Positions 37,161 through 50,937 are shown, numbered from the whole stretch's first letter. The stretch: 63,900 nt of DNA, filler included, from Octopus bimaculoides (GCF_001194135.2; 8 parts of 7 records of this genome joined end to end with filler, not necessarily neighbours in it), one strand, 5' to 3'. Numbers and translations: made by a program. Notes: generated by a model from the letters alone, not told the origin.

Positions 37161-38647
37161 CATTATAATAATAACAACAACAACAACAACAACAACAGCA
37201 ACAACAATAATAATAATAATAATAATAATGATGATGACGATGATGATGATGATGATAATGATCGGAAGCAATGATATATTAAAAACTCAGCACGTAAATA
37301 AACTAGAATATGGACGATTTCCAATTTGCTCAAAAACTGCAGTAAATATAGTTATGTAGAGACGCAAAAGTGGAAGGCATGACCCCTTGCTATCAATCAT
37401 TAATTCAGCAAAAGATAGACGGGTGGTGTGTGTAACGGGTGGTCTGAGGTGAAGTGATTAGAGTGAGGTGTGTACTGAACGCTGGCTTAGCAGTTTACCA
37501 AAGTCAGTGTGGTGTAAGAGACGACTTTGCCATAAATCAAACCGTTGCAGCAATTGTAAGTTCAACGGCAGGAAAAATCGCGTGTAATTTATAGCTTCGT
37601 CTCTAGAAACCTAACAAAGCCAACTTGTGCGGCAGGTAGACCCATGACGCTCAGCTCCTATTTACTGCTGCTATGACAAATAACCAATTCTTTCCCACTT
37701 TGAACTGCACACGAATATTTCCTCATCTTCCATTCCATATAACTTTTTGTTGCTAATCAACAATAACTGAGATACTGGCGTTCTGGAAATGTTGCTAAAA
37801 ATATTCCTTAAAGCACGTTCTTCAACAACACCATTCAAAGCACACAACCCCTCCTCCCCCCACGCGCGCGCGCACACACACACAACAACCACCATTTCCT
37901 TTACGTCTACACATGCACACACACATATATGCATATGAACACACACATGCATACACACAGACATACACATACATACACATGCACACGTACAAACAAAAGT
38001 ACATACCTCCATACACATACATACATACATACATGCATGCATGCATACATACATACATACATACAAACATACATACATACAAATACACATACATACATAC
38101 ATTTGCTTGTCATTGATTCTATCACTTTTTCTATATTTGTTTTTGTACTTTTCATCGTTACTGTGATATGTTCCCAGAGAAGAATATTGATTTCTTTCGA
38201 AGACCATAAAATTGGAATTGATGGAGCAGTAAAATGAGATTGTGTAAATGTCATGCCTTTCTCGTGGACAATACTGAGATAGGAGTAATAGCAGAGAATC
38301 AACCGAGGATCGAAATGATTTCGCGAACTCGACATACTGTCAACTTACCTTCTTAATCTATGCCAGAAAGAGGAACCTACAATATATCACTCAGTCACTC
38401 TTTTAACGAATGCAGAAATTCCCAGAGCAGTTATTAAATTCAGTTTATGTAAAATACTTCAGACACTAATCTAATGTAGGTGCTCTCAGCCAGGATCGTT
38501 GAATCTCAAAGAAGTCTGATATCGGGTGTCAGCCACAGATATACAACATATACAACAGAGATTCCAACTGCTAGGAAAGCTCAACTGCCTATGATTCCAA
38601 TGTTTGCTTCCGATAACTCTGAGTCAATCAATGTTGCAATGGATGAA

Positions 38648-39731
38648 CAGGAGTGGCTGTGTGGTAAGTAGCTTGCTTACCAACCACATGGTTCCGGGTT
38701 CAGACCCACTGCGTAGCACCTTGGGCAAGTGTTTTCTACTATAGCCTCGGGCCGACCAAAGCCTTGTGAGTGGATTTGGTAGACGGAAACTGAAAGAAGC
38801 CCGTCGTATATATATNNNNNNNNNNNNNNNNNNNNNNNNNNNNNNNNNNNNNNNNNNNNNNNNNNNNNNNNNNNNNNNNNNNNNNNNNNNNNNNNNNNNN
38901 NNNNNNNNNNNNNNNNNNNNNNNNNNNNNNNNNNNNNNNNNNNNNNNNNNNNNNNNNNNNNNNNNNNNNNNNNNNNNNNNNNNNNNNNNNNNNNNNNNNN
39001 NNNNNNNNNNNNNNNNNNNNNNNNNNNNNNNNNNNNNNNNNNNNNNNNNNNNNNNNNNNNNNNNNNNNNNNNNNNNNNNNNNNNNNNNNNNNNNNNNNNN
39101 NNNNNNNNNNNNNNNNNNNNNNNNNNNNNNNNNNNNNNNNNNNNNNNNNNNNNNNNNNNNNNNNNNNNNNNNNNNNNNNNNNNNNNNNNNNNNNNNNNNN
39201 NNNNNNNNNNNNNNNNNNNNNNNNNNNNNNNNNNNNNNNNNNNNNNNNNNNNNNNNNNNNNNNNNNNNNNNNNNNNNNNNNNNNNNNNNNNNNNNNNNNN
39301 NNNNNNNNNNNNNNNNNNNNNNNNNNNNNNNNNNNNNNNNNNNNNNNNNNNNNNNNNNNNNNNNNNNNNNNNNNNNNNNNNNNNNNNNNNNNNNNNNNNN
39401 NNNNNNNNNNNNNNNNNNNNNNNNNNNNNNNNNNNNNNNNNNNNNNNNNNNNNNNNNNNNGTTGCTTATTATTTGATATATATATATATATATATATGTG
39501 TGTACATATATATATATATGTTTGCGTGTCTGTGTTTGTCCCCCCAACATCGCTTGACAACCGATGCTGGTGTGTTTACGTCCCCATAACTTAGCGGTTC
39601 GGCAAAAGTGACCGATAGAATAAGTACTAGGCTTCCAAACAATAAGTCCTGGGGTCGATTTGCTCGACTAAAGGCGGTGCTCCAGCACGGCCGCAGTCAA
39701 ATGACTGAAACAAGTAAAAGAGTGAAAGAGA
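38648..39731 (+). mobile_element. SINE family A, full length, gap in the central microsatellite
   Basis: Head before the gap and tail after it; (TA)n on both gap edges. Confidence 0.85.
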
Positions 39732-40354
39732 ATTGGTTGTGATCCACATCTAGCAGTGATGCACAAAGTGTAACGATCTACCTACGTTGGCTCGAAGTTC
39801 CAAACTGTGTTTGATCCACATCTGTGCAATGCGCAAAATATCAATGGTTCGCGCATATGTGTTATCCATGAATTTTCGGTATCCACAACTATTTAATTGT
39901 CTACAACTTGTGGGATTCCACAGCTTGTGTGATGTACAATTAACAACGATCCATAACTGTGTGTTGTCTGCTTGCTTTGCTTAACTCGCTTATGACAGCC
40001 TATCAAATAATGATGACAACGTCGATCCAGGACATTCATCATCCTCTGTCTCCAGCACATTGTCAAGGGAGCGGATGTGACTGACAGCACCTATACGAGA
40101 TAAGCAGATTCTATGGCGCTGAGAGCACTGAAAGTGACCCCGAACAACAGCCGCAGCGGGGTTGATGACGACGTCTCCTCCTCCTCCTCTCTTCATGCAG
40201 TCTCCTACATTTGGTTTCAAAACATTCTATTCCAGCACCACACACCGGCTTTCATGCCTTCCGCTTAACAACCAGAGCCTTTACACGGTTATCTCAAGCG
40301 GTCTCTCATTATATGCTATGGAACCAGCCAATCATTATAATTTATACACATTCT

Positions 40355-40715
40355 TATATTCTTTTATTTGTTTCAGTCATTTTTGACTGCGACCATGCTG
40401 GAGCACCTACTTAGAGGGCCTGTTTTTTTTTAGTCGAAGCAATCGACCCCAGGACTTAATCTTTGTAAGCCTAGTACTTATTTCATCGTTAACTTCTGTC
40501 GAACCGCTAAGTTATGGGGTACGTAAGCACACCAACATCATTTGCCAAGCATATATATACGACGGGCTTCTTTCAGTTTCCGTCAACCAAATCCACTCAC
40601 AAGGCTTTGGTCAGCCCGAGGTTATAGTAGAAGGCACTTGCCCAAGATGTCATGCAGTGGGACTGAACCCGGAAACATGTGGTTGAAAAGCAGGCTTCTT
40701 ACCACACAGCCACGC
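40355..40715 (-). mobile_element. SINE family A (internal deletion)
   Basis: Family A tail, body and head in reverse. Confidence 0.85.
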
Positions 40716-41185
40716 CTACTCCTATGTATGGAATGAATAACTAACTGGGATTCACAGGACTTTGTGATCTACATTTTGCCTGGATCAATAGCTTTTAGGG
40801 TTCTACATAGTGTAGCGTTCCGCATATCGTGGAAGGTTTCGCACAGTCTAAGGATTAGTACTGCGTGAGATGCATAACTAGCAGCAAAATTCCTTGTAAC
40901 CTGCATCTCTTATAGAACAACACCGTAGGAGCGATCCATGGTTATGTGAGATGCACAATTATCAGAGATCCACAGCCGCCTGTAATCCACAACTGTTTTA
41001 TGATCCACTTCTGGTAATGATCTAGAACTACATATTCCGTCAATTGGTACTTGATTAGCAAATTTTAACGATGCGCAACAAATTCATTGAGACCTCCGAA
41101 AAGGTTTGTTAAAGAAATAATGTTTACTAAGAAATAAACTAATTAACCGCCCCGATCTATCACATTATACGTTACAACTCAGTTT

Positions 41186-41520
41186 GTGAAGTCGCATGGC
41201 TCAGTGGTTGGAACGTTGAGCTTACGATCGTGAGGTTGTGAGTTCGATTTCCAGACCGGGCTGCGTGTTGTGTTCTTGAGCAAAACACTTTATTTCACGT
41301 TGCTCCAGTTAACTCAGCCGTAGAAATAAGCTGCGACATCACTGGTGCCAAGCTGTATCGGCCTTTGCCTTTCCCGTGGAAAGGTGTGGAGAGGGGAAGC
41401 TGGTACACATGGGAGACTGCTGGCCTTCCGCAAACAACTTTGCCCAGACTTGTGCCTCGAAGGGTAACGTTCTAGGTGCAATCCCATGGTCATTCATGAC
41501 CGAAGGGGGTCTCCTACTCC
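41186..41520 (+). mobile_element. SINE family D, full length, 13-bp TSD
   Basis: A-box TGGCTCAGTGG, B-box GTTCGATTTCC; TSD TACAACTCAGTTT at 41173-41185 and 41521-41533. Confidence 0.9.
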
Positions 41521-43039
41521 TACAACTCAGTTTATATTTCCGCTTCCATGAATTTCATTTCACGTTTGGAAATGCTTTGAATATCATAATTTGATTTTAT
41601 GTCTTCGCATTAATATAAAGGACCTTCATCATTATTTTTTTAATTTTATCTAGGAAGAAGGAGAATGATAAAAAAAATGTAGGTAGCTTGCAAAACGGAA
41701 AGGTCATGTCTTCCCTTTTGGCGGGAAGAGGTAAGTAAAGAGGATAGGTGGGTTAAAATAAAGACAGAGACAGAAATTAGAAAGGGACGTTGCAAAGTTG
41801 TAACAGAGGGATGGAACGAAAGGGCAATAGGCTGAATTTAGAGATAAACATACGAAGGAAGGAAAATAGAAAGATACAACGATAGAAAGACGAATGTGAG
41901 TACTGATTGTACGTATGTACGTATATATGTTTGTGTGCGCGTATGTAAGTATATGCATATGTATATATGTATGTATGTATGTATGTACGTATATATATAT
42001 ATATATATCGGTTAAAATGTCTTACGGTTAAGCTGGTTCCCATGCATTTCCCTGAAGAGATGNNNNNNNNNNTATATATATATATATATATTTAAAATCT
42101 TAGGGAATAATAAGTATTCCAGGTTATCCGGACATTTACGATTTTACACTTTACTAATGCAATATAAACTGTATCATTTATAATATTATTACAAATTTGG
42201 GATTTTACCAATAGGACTGCAACTCCTATTTCAGGATAACGTTATTGTATGGAATACACATAGAAAGTTATATCCAAAAAAATAATATAAGCATTTTAAA
42301 AACCTACCATAAAATATGATAAAATTACTTGAAAACTATTTGAAAATATCTATATAACTTACCTCTTATCAATCTGTGGGGAAAGAAGATATTTTAAAAA
42401 TTTCTTTGTAATTATATATATATATATATTTATATATATATAATAACAATAATGTTTGGATGGAATTTATAAGCATTTAATGCATCGCTACACGTGTTTC
42501 CACAAATCACATGCCTCTTGAGATCACTGCCTGTATTCCTTGATGATGATTACAGTGTAATCCATAGTATCAGTGGGCATCGAATAGACCATCTTCATGG
42601 ATTCATTTCTTCGATATAACATTAATGGATGTACAGCAGAAGGATGTTTATCTCATTTTACCAGTATGAAGGTTAAGCGAGTTATATATATATATATATA
42701 TATATATATNNNNNNNNNNNNNNNNNNNNNNNNNNNNNNNNNNNNNNNNNNNNTTAATTAATTAANNNNNNNNNNNNNNNNNNNNNNNNNNNNNNNNNNN
42801 NNNNNNNNNCACACACACACACACACTCGTATACGTATACATATATACACACACATACAAATATGTATCCAGGCACACACATGCCTATACACACACACAC
42901 ACACACACACACACAAGAATACACAAGCACAAAAACAAACACACACACACATATACATAATCACACACACACACACACACATACATACATACATACATAC
43001 ATACATACATACACAGCAACGGTGCTGGTGTACACAAGA

Positions 43040-44276
43040 TGGTGATTGGGATGATTGTGACAAACAGTGATGGTTATAGCGGTGATGAATTTAATAATGA
43101 TGATGACGACAATGATGATGATGGTGGTGATGGTGATGATGATGATGATGATGATGGTGATGATGGTGATGATGGTGATGACGGCGATGGCGATGATGAC
43201 GGTTATGGAGAAGCTGATGATGATGATGATGATGATGATGAAGATGATGACGCTGATGATGAGGAAGAAAGGGAGAAGGAGGAAGCGGATGATGGCGGTG
43301 ATGATGATGATGATGACGGCGATGATGATGATGAGGAAGAGGAATAGGAAGAGAAAGCGGATGACGGCGGTGATGATGGTGATGATGATGATGTGGTGGT
43401 AGTGGTGGTGGTGGTAGTGGTGGTAGTGGTGGTAGTGGTGGTGGTGGTGGTGGTAGTGGTGGTGGTGGTAGTGGTGGTGGTNNNNNNNNNNNNNNNNNNN
43501 NNNNNNNNNNNNNNNNNNNNNNNNNNNNNNNNNNNNNNNNNNNNNNNNNNNNNNNNNNNNNNNNNNNNNNNNNNNNNNNNNNNNNNNNNNNNNNNNNNNN
43601 NNNNNNNNNNNNNNNNNNNNNNNNNNNNNNNNNNNNNNNNNNNNNNNNNNNNNNNNNNNNNNNNNNNNNNNNNNNNNNNNNNNNNNNNNNNNNNNNNNNN
43701 NNNNNNNNNNNNNNNNNNNNNNNNNNNNNNNNNNNNNNNNNNNNNNNNNNNNNNNNNNNNNNNNNNNNNNNNNNNNNNNNNNNNNNNNNNNNNNNNNNNN
43801 NNNNNNNNNNNNNNNNNNNNNNNNNNNNNNNNNNNNNNNNNNNNNNNNNNNTGGTGGTAGTGGTGGTGGTGGTAGTGGTGGTGGTAGTGGTAGCGGTGGT
43901 GGTGGTAGTGGTGGTGGTGGTGGTAGTGGTGGTGGTGGTCATAATGTTGATAAGGCTAATGATGATGATGGTATGGCGATGACAATGGTGCCGATAACAC
44001 CAAATGGAGCCAAAGCTCAATGCCGACAACAGGGATAGTTTAATTAACACAGATGCTCAGAGATTAAGGGTGGAGTGTAACGGAGTAATAATACGCAAGG
44101 AAAAATGATAGTAATAATAATAATAATGATAAAATCAACAATAAATTCGGGCTGGGTCATGTTTGACATCAGCTGCAACGTCATCTGTGACGTCATCACT
44201 GTCACTGCAAACAGCCTCGACACAGGGATGGAATTATATTGATACGTGTGAGGATGGATGGATGCATGGATGGATG

Positions 44277-44367
<91 letters not shown>
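43040..44367. repeat. Compound low-complexity block: (GAT/GAC/GAA)n, (GGT/AGT)n, (GATA)n
   Basis: Direct reading. Confidence 0.9.
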
Positions 44368-44370
<3 letters not shown>

Positions 44371-45824
44371 TGATCGATAAATGATATAAACATTTCCCTT
44401 TATACACACGTACATACTCACATGCGTGTGTGTGCATGTATGTATATATATGCGGGTGTATATATATACGGGTGTATATATATGCGGGTGTATATATATA
44501 TATGCGTATATATGTATGTATGCGTACGTATGTGATGCATGTATTACGTAAATATGTATGAACTTACGCATGCAGGTTTGTGTTTATATATGTATGTATG
44601 TATGTATATATGTACGCAGAAGAGAATTGCTGTTTTGTTCACTCGATCCACGGAACACGTCAGCAAATTTGACATATTAATCACCATCAAACAAAATACA
44701 CTGTCCTCATCATCGCCACCATCCGCCGACCCGTTTACATCAGCAGAAAACGGTAAATCCACGTTTGGTACTGGTATCTAGCACAGCTGGGTGTGAGAAG
44801 TACAGTTGTAAACAAGATGGAGGTCCTTATTAAGGAATGTTAGGGAGGCGTAAAAGACGCTGGATGTTTTAACTGCGTGATTTAAGATTCACCTCCACCG
44901 AGCGGCACTTTGGGCAACTAGCTTCTACTGAAACACCGGGTCAGCCAATGAATTTGATAGACATAAGCTATGTTATTATATGCCAGTCATATACGCTAAT
45001 CCCTCGTCCATCGCGGGTGTCACGTTCTAAAAAACACTACGCGATAGGTGAAAATCCGCGAAGAAGAAACAGTACTGTACTGTATATATTGTACTGTATA
45101 TATCTTTTACTCTTTTACTTGTTTCAGTCATTTGACTGCGGCCATGCTGGAGCACCGCCTTTAGTCGAGCAAAATCGACTAATTTTAGGAATTGACAAAA
45201 TATCTTGTATTCATTTCTGTGTATAAATTTAGGGAAAAAAAAAGCAAACAAACGAAAATATAGCAACGTTTCTGTGAAAGGCAATCCCATTCGCACACAT
45301 GTAAGTGTAAGGCCAAATAAACAAAACAAGAAGATAGCATCATTCTGGGAAAGGAAGTTTCAATGTAAATCATTTCGTTTCTTGGACACCGCCTCATCAT
45401 ATAAAAATACTGCATTGCGAAATTATGTAAGTGCTAATTATAGAAGGCAACATACTATCGTATTACAGTTACACATACACACACACATGTACACACAAAC
45501 AATGTTATGTTAATATCTCCAGGATTATGATTACACGAAAATTGTTCTTCCTTTACGTAGTTTAGTATTACATAGCCGATATGACATAATAAGTGCGCCC
45601 TTACGTGTTTATTACCATATCATGTGATTTCTCAGCCGTAGTTTCTGTTTAGTAAATTAGTAAACACTGAAAATAGATCCCGTTGTTGAAAATGGTAGGA
45701 GATTTGGTCGCGTGAAACACCGATTGCGACAACTTGTTTCATTCCCGATTAAGACTCGTCAGGGATCGCTTAGCTCTTTAACCTGAAATTCAGAAACTTG
45801 TAGCTTCCAACGTCGTACATCGCG

Positions 45825-46153
45825 GAAAGCGCATGGCTCAGTGGTTAAAGCGTCGGGCTCACAATCATGAAGTAGTGTGTTCGATTCCCTGTACATTGTG
45901 TTCTTGAGTAAGACACTTTATTTCAGGTTGCTCCAGTCCACACAGCTGTGGAAATGACTTGCGACGTCACTGGTGCCAAGCTGTATCGGCCTTTGCCTTT
46001 CCCTTGGACAACATCGGTGGTGTCGAGAGGGGGAGGCTGGTATGCATGAGTGACTACTAGTCATCCATAAAACAACCTTGCCCGGGTATGTACCTCGGAG
46101 GGGTAATTTCTAGGTGCAATTCCATGGTTGCTCATGACTAAAGGGTGCCTTAA

Positions 46154-46155
<2 letters not shown>
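45825..46155 (+). mobile_element. SINE family D
   Basis: Colinear with 41186-41512. Confidence 0.9.
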
Positions 46156-46184
<29 letters not shown>

Positions 46185-46567
46185 NNNNNNNNNNNNNNNN
46201 NNNNNNNNNNNNNNNNNNNNNNNNNNNNNNNNNNNNNNNNNNNNNNNNNNNNNNNNNNNNNNNNNNNNNNNNNNNNNNNNNNNNNNNNNNNNNNNNNNNN
46301 NNNNNNNNNNNNNNNNNNNNNNNNNNNNNNNNNNNNNNNNNNNNNNNNNNNNNNNNNNNNNNNNNNNNNNNNNNNNNNNNNNNNNNNNNNNNNNNNNNNN
46401 NNNNNNNNNNNNNNNNNNNNNNNNNNNNNNNNNNNNNNNNNNNNNNNNNNNNNNNNNNNNNNNNNNNNNNNNNNNNNNNNNNNNNNNNNNNNNNNNNNNN
46501 NNNNNNNNNNNNNNNNNNNNNNNNNNNNNNNNNNNNNNNNNNNNNNNNNNNNNNNNNNNNNNNNNNN

Positions 46568-46785
46568 NGTGCGTGTGTGTGTGTGTGTGTGTGCGTGTGT
46601 TTGTGTTCTATGTTTGTCCCCCAACATCGCGGTTGGCAAAAGTAGACCCGCTAGAATAAGTACTAGGCCTACAAAGAATAAGTCCTGGGTCAATTTCTTT
46701 GGCTAAAGGCGGTGCTCCAGCAAGGCCGCAGTCAAATGACTGAAACAAGTAAAAGAATAAAAGAATAAAAGAATAAAAGAATACA
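46568..46785 (+). mobile_element. SINE family A 3' half
   Basis: Begins in the central (TG) tract; tail (AAAGAAT)n. Confidence 0.85.
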
Positions 46786-47141
46786 GGAATAAATATTGCA
46801 GGTGGGTACGGCAAGAGCTCCCAGAAATAGTCCAGTTCCAATTAACCACATCACGTAGTACGAGGCATCAAGGAACGCTCTGGGTAGCCCATCCCATTGT
46901 AATTCTTCTGGTTGGTAAATCCGGGTTCGCTTCGTCAGCCAATGAATATTTTCGGTTGGGTAAATTCAAAGTAATTACAAAGAATACAGAAAGTGATGGA
47001 TATTAATTTTTTTTCTTTTAAATTTAACAGTTAGTTATGCTGCATAATTAGTTAATTAAAATGACTAATTATGCTATATAACTAACTGTTTCATTTAAAG
47101 CAAAATCTGAAGATGTAAACAGTGTCCGTATTCCTTGTGTG

Positions 47142-47380
47142 GAGGCGCAATGGCCCATTGGTTAGGGCAGCGGACTCGCGGTCATAGGATCGCGGTTTCG
47201 ATTCCCAGACCGGGCGTTGTGAGTGTTTCTTGAACGAAAGCACCTAAAAGCTCCACAAGGCTCCCGCAGGGGTTGGTGGCGAACCCTGCTCTACCCTTTC
47301 ACCACAACTGCCTCTCACTCTTTCTTCCTGTTTCTGCTGTACCTGTATTTCAAAGGGGCCAGCCTTGTCACCATCTGTGT
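47142..47380 (+). mobile_element. SINE family E (tRNA-derived)
   Basis: GAGGCGCAATGGCCCATTGGTTAG..GGTTTCGATTCCC boxes, with a body unlike A, B or D. Confidence 0.7.
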
Positions 47381-49142
47381 CACGTGGCGGCGGCGTTGGC
47401 GATGGCGGTGGTGGTGATGGTGGCGGAGGACGTGCACGGCTGTGGCCCGATTGGTAACATTCTCTTGGTTCGTCCACCCGTTAAATTCCCATTGAGTACC
47501 CAGGACACACGTTCTCAGCCGTGGTTACCACGTACCCACGACTTCACTCGCAGACACCACTGACATCTGTGGGAAATATCCCGCCCCATGCACAATACAC
47601 AACACCAACAACCACACCAACAATCAGAACAAACATACACATGCGCACACATATATACGCACAAATTTGCATATGTGAATATATATACATATGTATATAT
47701 ACATATATATATATATACACACACATAGTATATATATATATATATATATANNNNNNNNNNNNNNNNNNNNNNNNNNNNNNNNNNNNNNNNNNNNTTAATT
47801 AATTAANNNNNNNNNNNNNNNNNNNNNNNNNNNNNNNNNNNNNNNNNNNNTTTTAAAACAATAATAACAGAATCAATAATATAGGCGATTGCAGGCCCCA
47901 AAAAAGCGTTAAATAGCTTTTACATATTTCTTTATACGACGGACATAAAGTAAATAATAAATGTAAAGGGAAAATAAAGTATTGTATGGGTTGAAGCGAA
48001 ATTTGTCACTCAGTGAATTAAAGAGCCAGTATCGAAGGAACCAGAAAGAAACCGTCAACAACAGAAAAACAGAAGACCGTACGGATTGAAGTGAAATTTA
48101 TGAAGATACTTTTGTCAGTAAATTATGAAATTACTTACATCAATAATTGTGAACTTCTTTCTGTCAGTAATTTGTCATTGTTTGTTTGTAAATAGATATT
48201 CAAAACTTAGGTTACAGTGAAAATAATAACATGGAAGTTAAACAATGGCATATGAAAAATGAAAGTGAAAAGAATAACGTGTGGAAAATGAAAGTGAAAA
48301 CAAGAAATATAGATAGAGAGATATGTTACAGAGATAGAGATAGATAGAGATAGATAGAGAGATATACATAAAGAGATATGTTACGTCACTGACGCTAGAC
48401 AACCGGAAGTAAATATTTAAAGATCTTTGAAAGACGTGAATAAAAAGCAATATTTTTTATTTTTAATAATTAAAAAAAAAAAATCAAATGAAGACCCTAT
48501 TATATGTCCGAGATCAGATTATTCATGCATCACAAGTATGGGAGTAATTGGTGAAGCCGTTTTCCCATGAAAAGTGAATACACACATCTCTATTTTATAT
48601 ATTAGATAAGACAGAAAAAAAGATGACATGGTCACAGAACATCTTTGATGACAACGATGAAGATAGTCACTTAGAAACGATTATCCAATCATGTCTGACC
48701 TGAGGGTATACATCAAGCTTCAAGATTTTGTGAAAGAAAAGGAAAAGAACAAAGTAACAATTACTTCTTTGTTCAAAAGGCAGTATCCTATATCATTTTG
48801 TCTAGTACACATAATTATAGTGAACAAAATACATCAGGAGATATATGTCAGCAGTCACAAATGTAGCAATCTCACTAGACTTGGAGATCATGCGAATGTC
48901 AGAGGCACCATTTATTTCCTTCTGTCTAAACTATATAACTGAAGTGGATGGGGTAGGAATAGTAGTTGTAGTAGTTGCTGACTGGGTGTTGAAATTGGGT
49001 GTGCCGAACCTTGCAATAAAAATGCACCGTGTGAGAAATAGGTTTCGTAAAGTAAATGCCATATGTTTGAAATGACACTTACATGGGGATTCGTGTAAAA
49101 GACGATGTAATAGACAAAAAAACTGAGGCTATAAAAAACAGC

Positions 49143-49205
<63 letters not shown>

Positions 49206-49309
49206 AGAATATAGAACACAACGAAGGGAAAACTTAGACGAAAACTGGGCGAAAACACTATCCATTGTAGCGCCACCCTGTTTGCTTATATATATATATA
49301 TATATATAC

Positions 49310-49660
49310 TATGGTCACCAACTAGTGTAAAATTAATTACAGAACTTGAGGCAATCCAAGGAAGCTACACGAAGAAGATAGCCTCTATGCAGCATATAAA
49401 CTACTGGGAAAGACTCAAGAGATTGAGACTCTATTCCCTGGAGCGTATGCGGGACATTGAGAGTTATATTAACGCTAGAACAGGGTGCCACTGCATAGTG
49501 CCAAAAATTCCAACTTTGCCATCAAAATATAGGACAAGATATTGCAACAGCCTGGGCTTTAAAGGACCACAGCTCTTCAATATCCTCCCGAACGACCTGA
49601 GAGAGCTGCATGGGGTAGATGTAGATGTCTTGAAAACGAAACTAGATCTCTGTCAAGAGT
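49310..49660 (+). mobile_element. CR1/L2-group LINE C-terminal fragment
   Basis: WSP..I.ELEAIQ..YTK.I..YWERLK.L.LYSLER; GPQLFNILP..LR..K.KLD. Confidence 0.75.
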
Positions 49661-50097
49661 TCCAGAAGTTTCGATTGGTATGTGTTTGAGATGTAATGAA
49701 GTGAATTTTGATAGTTGTGGATTGCACTTACTTGGTTGTATCGTCCATTAGACTGCTTTTGTTGTTTTTTAATTGTAATTGATATATGATTGAGTAGTTA
49801 ACGCTCAGGCTCATAATACATTGATATTTGAATTAATTTTTACAATCCAACCGTGCTTTCACACGGAATTTCGTTCATCTTTAAACCATGACCCTGAAGT
49901 GACTTATATATAAGGGAACTGTTATTGTGTATGCGTATCAGAAAATGTATATACCGTAAATCCTCGAGTATAGTCCGCCCTTAAGTATAATACGCAGNNN
50001 NNNNNNNNNNNNNNNNNNNNNNNNNNNNNNNNNNNNNNNNNTTAATTAATTAANNNNNNNNNNNNNNNNNNNNNNNNNNNNNNNNNNNNNNNNNNNN

Positions 50098-50345
50098 GGG
50101 GACGTAAACACACCAGCATCGGTTGTCAAGTGATGTTGAGAGGATAGACACAGACACACAAACATATACACACACACATACATATATACATACATATATA
50201 TGACTGGCTTCTTTCAGTTTCCATCTACCAAATCCACTCACAAGGCTTTGGTCGGCCCGAAGCTACAGTAGAAGACACTTGCCCAGTGAGATTGAACCTG
50301 GATCCACATGGTTGCAAAGTGAACTTCTTAAGTAAACAGCTATAT
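50098..50345 (-). mobile_element. SINE family A fragment
   Basis: Family A body in reverse. Confidence 0.8.
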
Positions 50346-50937
50346 GTGCACTTACACATTTCTTTATTTGTTGTTGTTTTCGTTTTTCAATTTGTAATTG
50401 TTTGGGTTGTGTGAATAGAATTCTTAAGATCTGACTGAGAGAGCGAGAGATCAATACCGATCAATAAGTGTTGCTGATCAATGGATTGATCATGATTACG
50501 TGACCTGAAGCCTACACTGCCTCACCCTCCTCTCTATCTACTCAGGATACAAAGCAAAGGAGAAATAATAAACCAAATGATGAGATGAAAAAAAAATAAA
50601 TAAGAAGAGAAGTTGTAAGATGAAGATGGCATTCAAAGGAGGAGGGGAAAGAGACAGAGGTGGAAGAGGATTGAAGAGGTGAACAAAAGAGGTAAAGGAA
50701 AAAAACAAAAGAAGGGATAAAAAAAAGAGAAACAAGGAAAGGGATCCAGAAGAGGACAGAAGTGAAGAGGATCATCAATCCCATCATTGTTTTCGTTACC
50801 AACATCGTCATCATCATCATCATCAGTATTGTTATTATCATTGTTATCAACATCATCATCATCGTCATTGACAAATTAAGGACCAGTAGAACACTGGAGT
50901 CAATGGCATCAACTAGTCCCCTCCCTCGAAATTTCAG

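Noticed and set aside
37671-38335. Minus-strand ORFs of 142-178 aa as a host gene
   Set aside because: They are mostly (TATG)/(TG) repeat read-through; the flanking residues match no family I recognise.
40209-40223. IWFQN homeodomain helix 3
   Set aside because: It is followed by IL rather than RR, has no helix 1/2 similarity upstream, and there is no supporting splice site.
39738-41030. CRISPR-like array
   Set aside because: Motifs are short and degenerate with irregular spacing, there are no cas genes, and the context is eukaryotic.
41186-41265. tRNA genes at SINE heads (also 45825, 47142, 53070, 62304)
   Set aside because: A/B boxes are present, but there is no complete cloverleaf and each continues into a repeated SINE body.
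43039-43347. Acidic D/E/G-rich 102-aa protein
   Set aside because: It is a compound trinucleotide microsatellite open in several frames on both strands, with no complex sequence.
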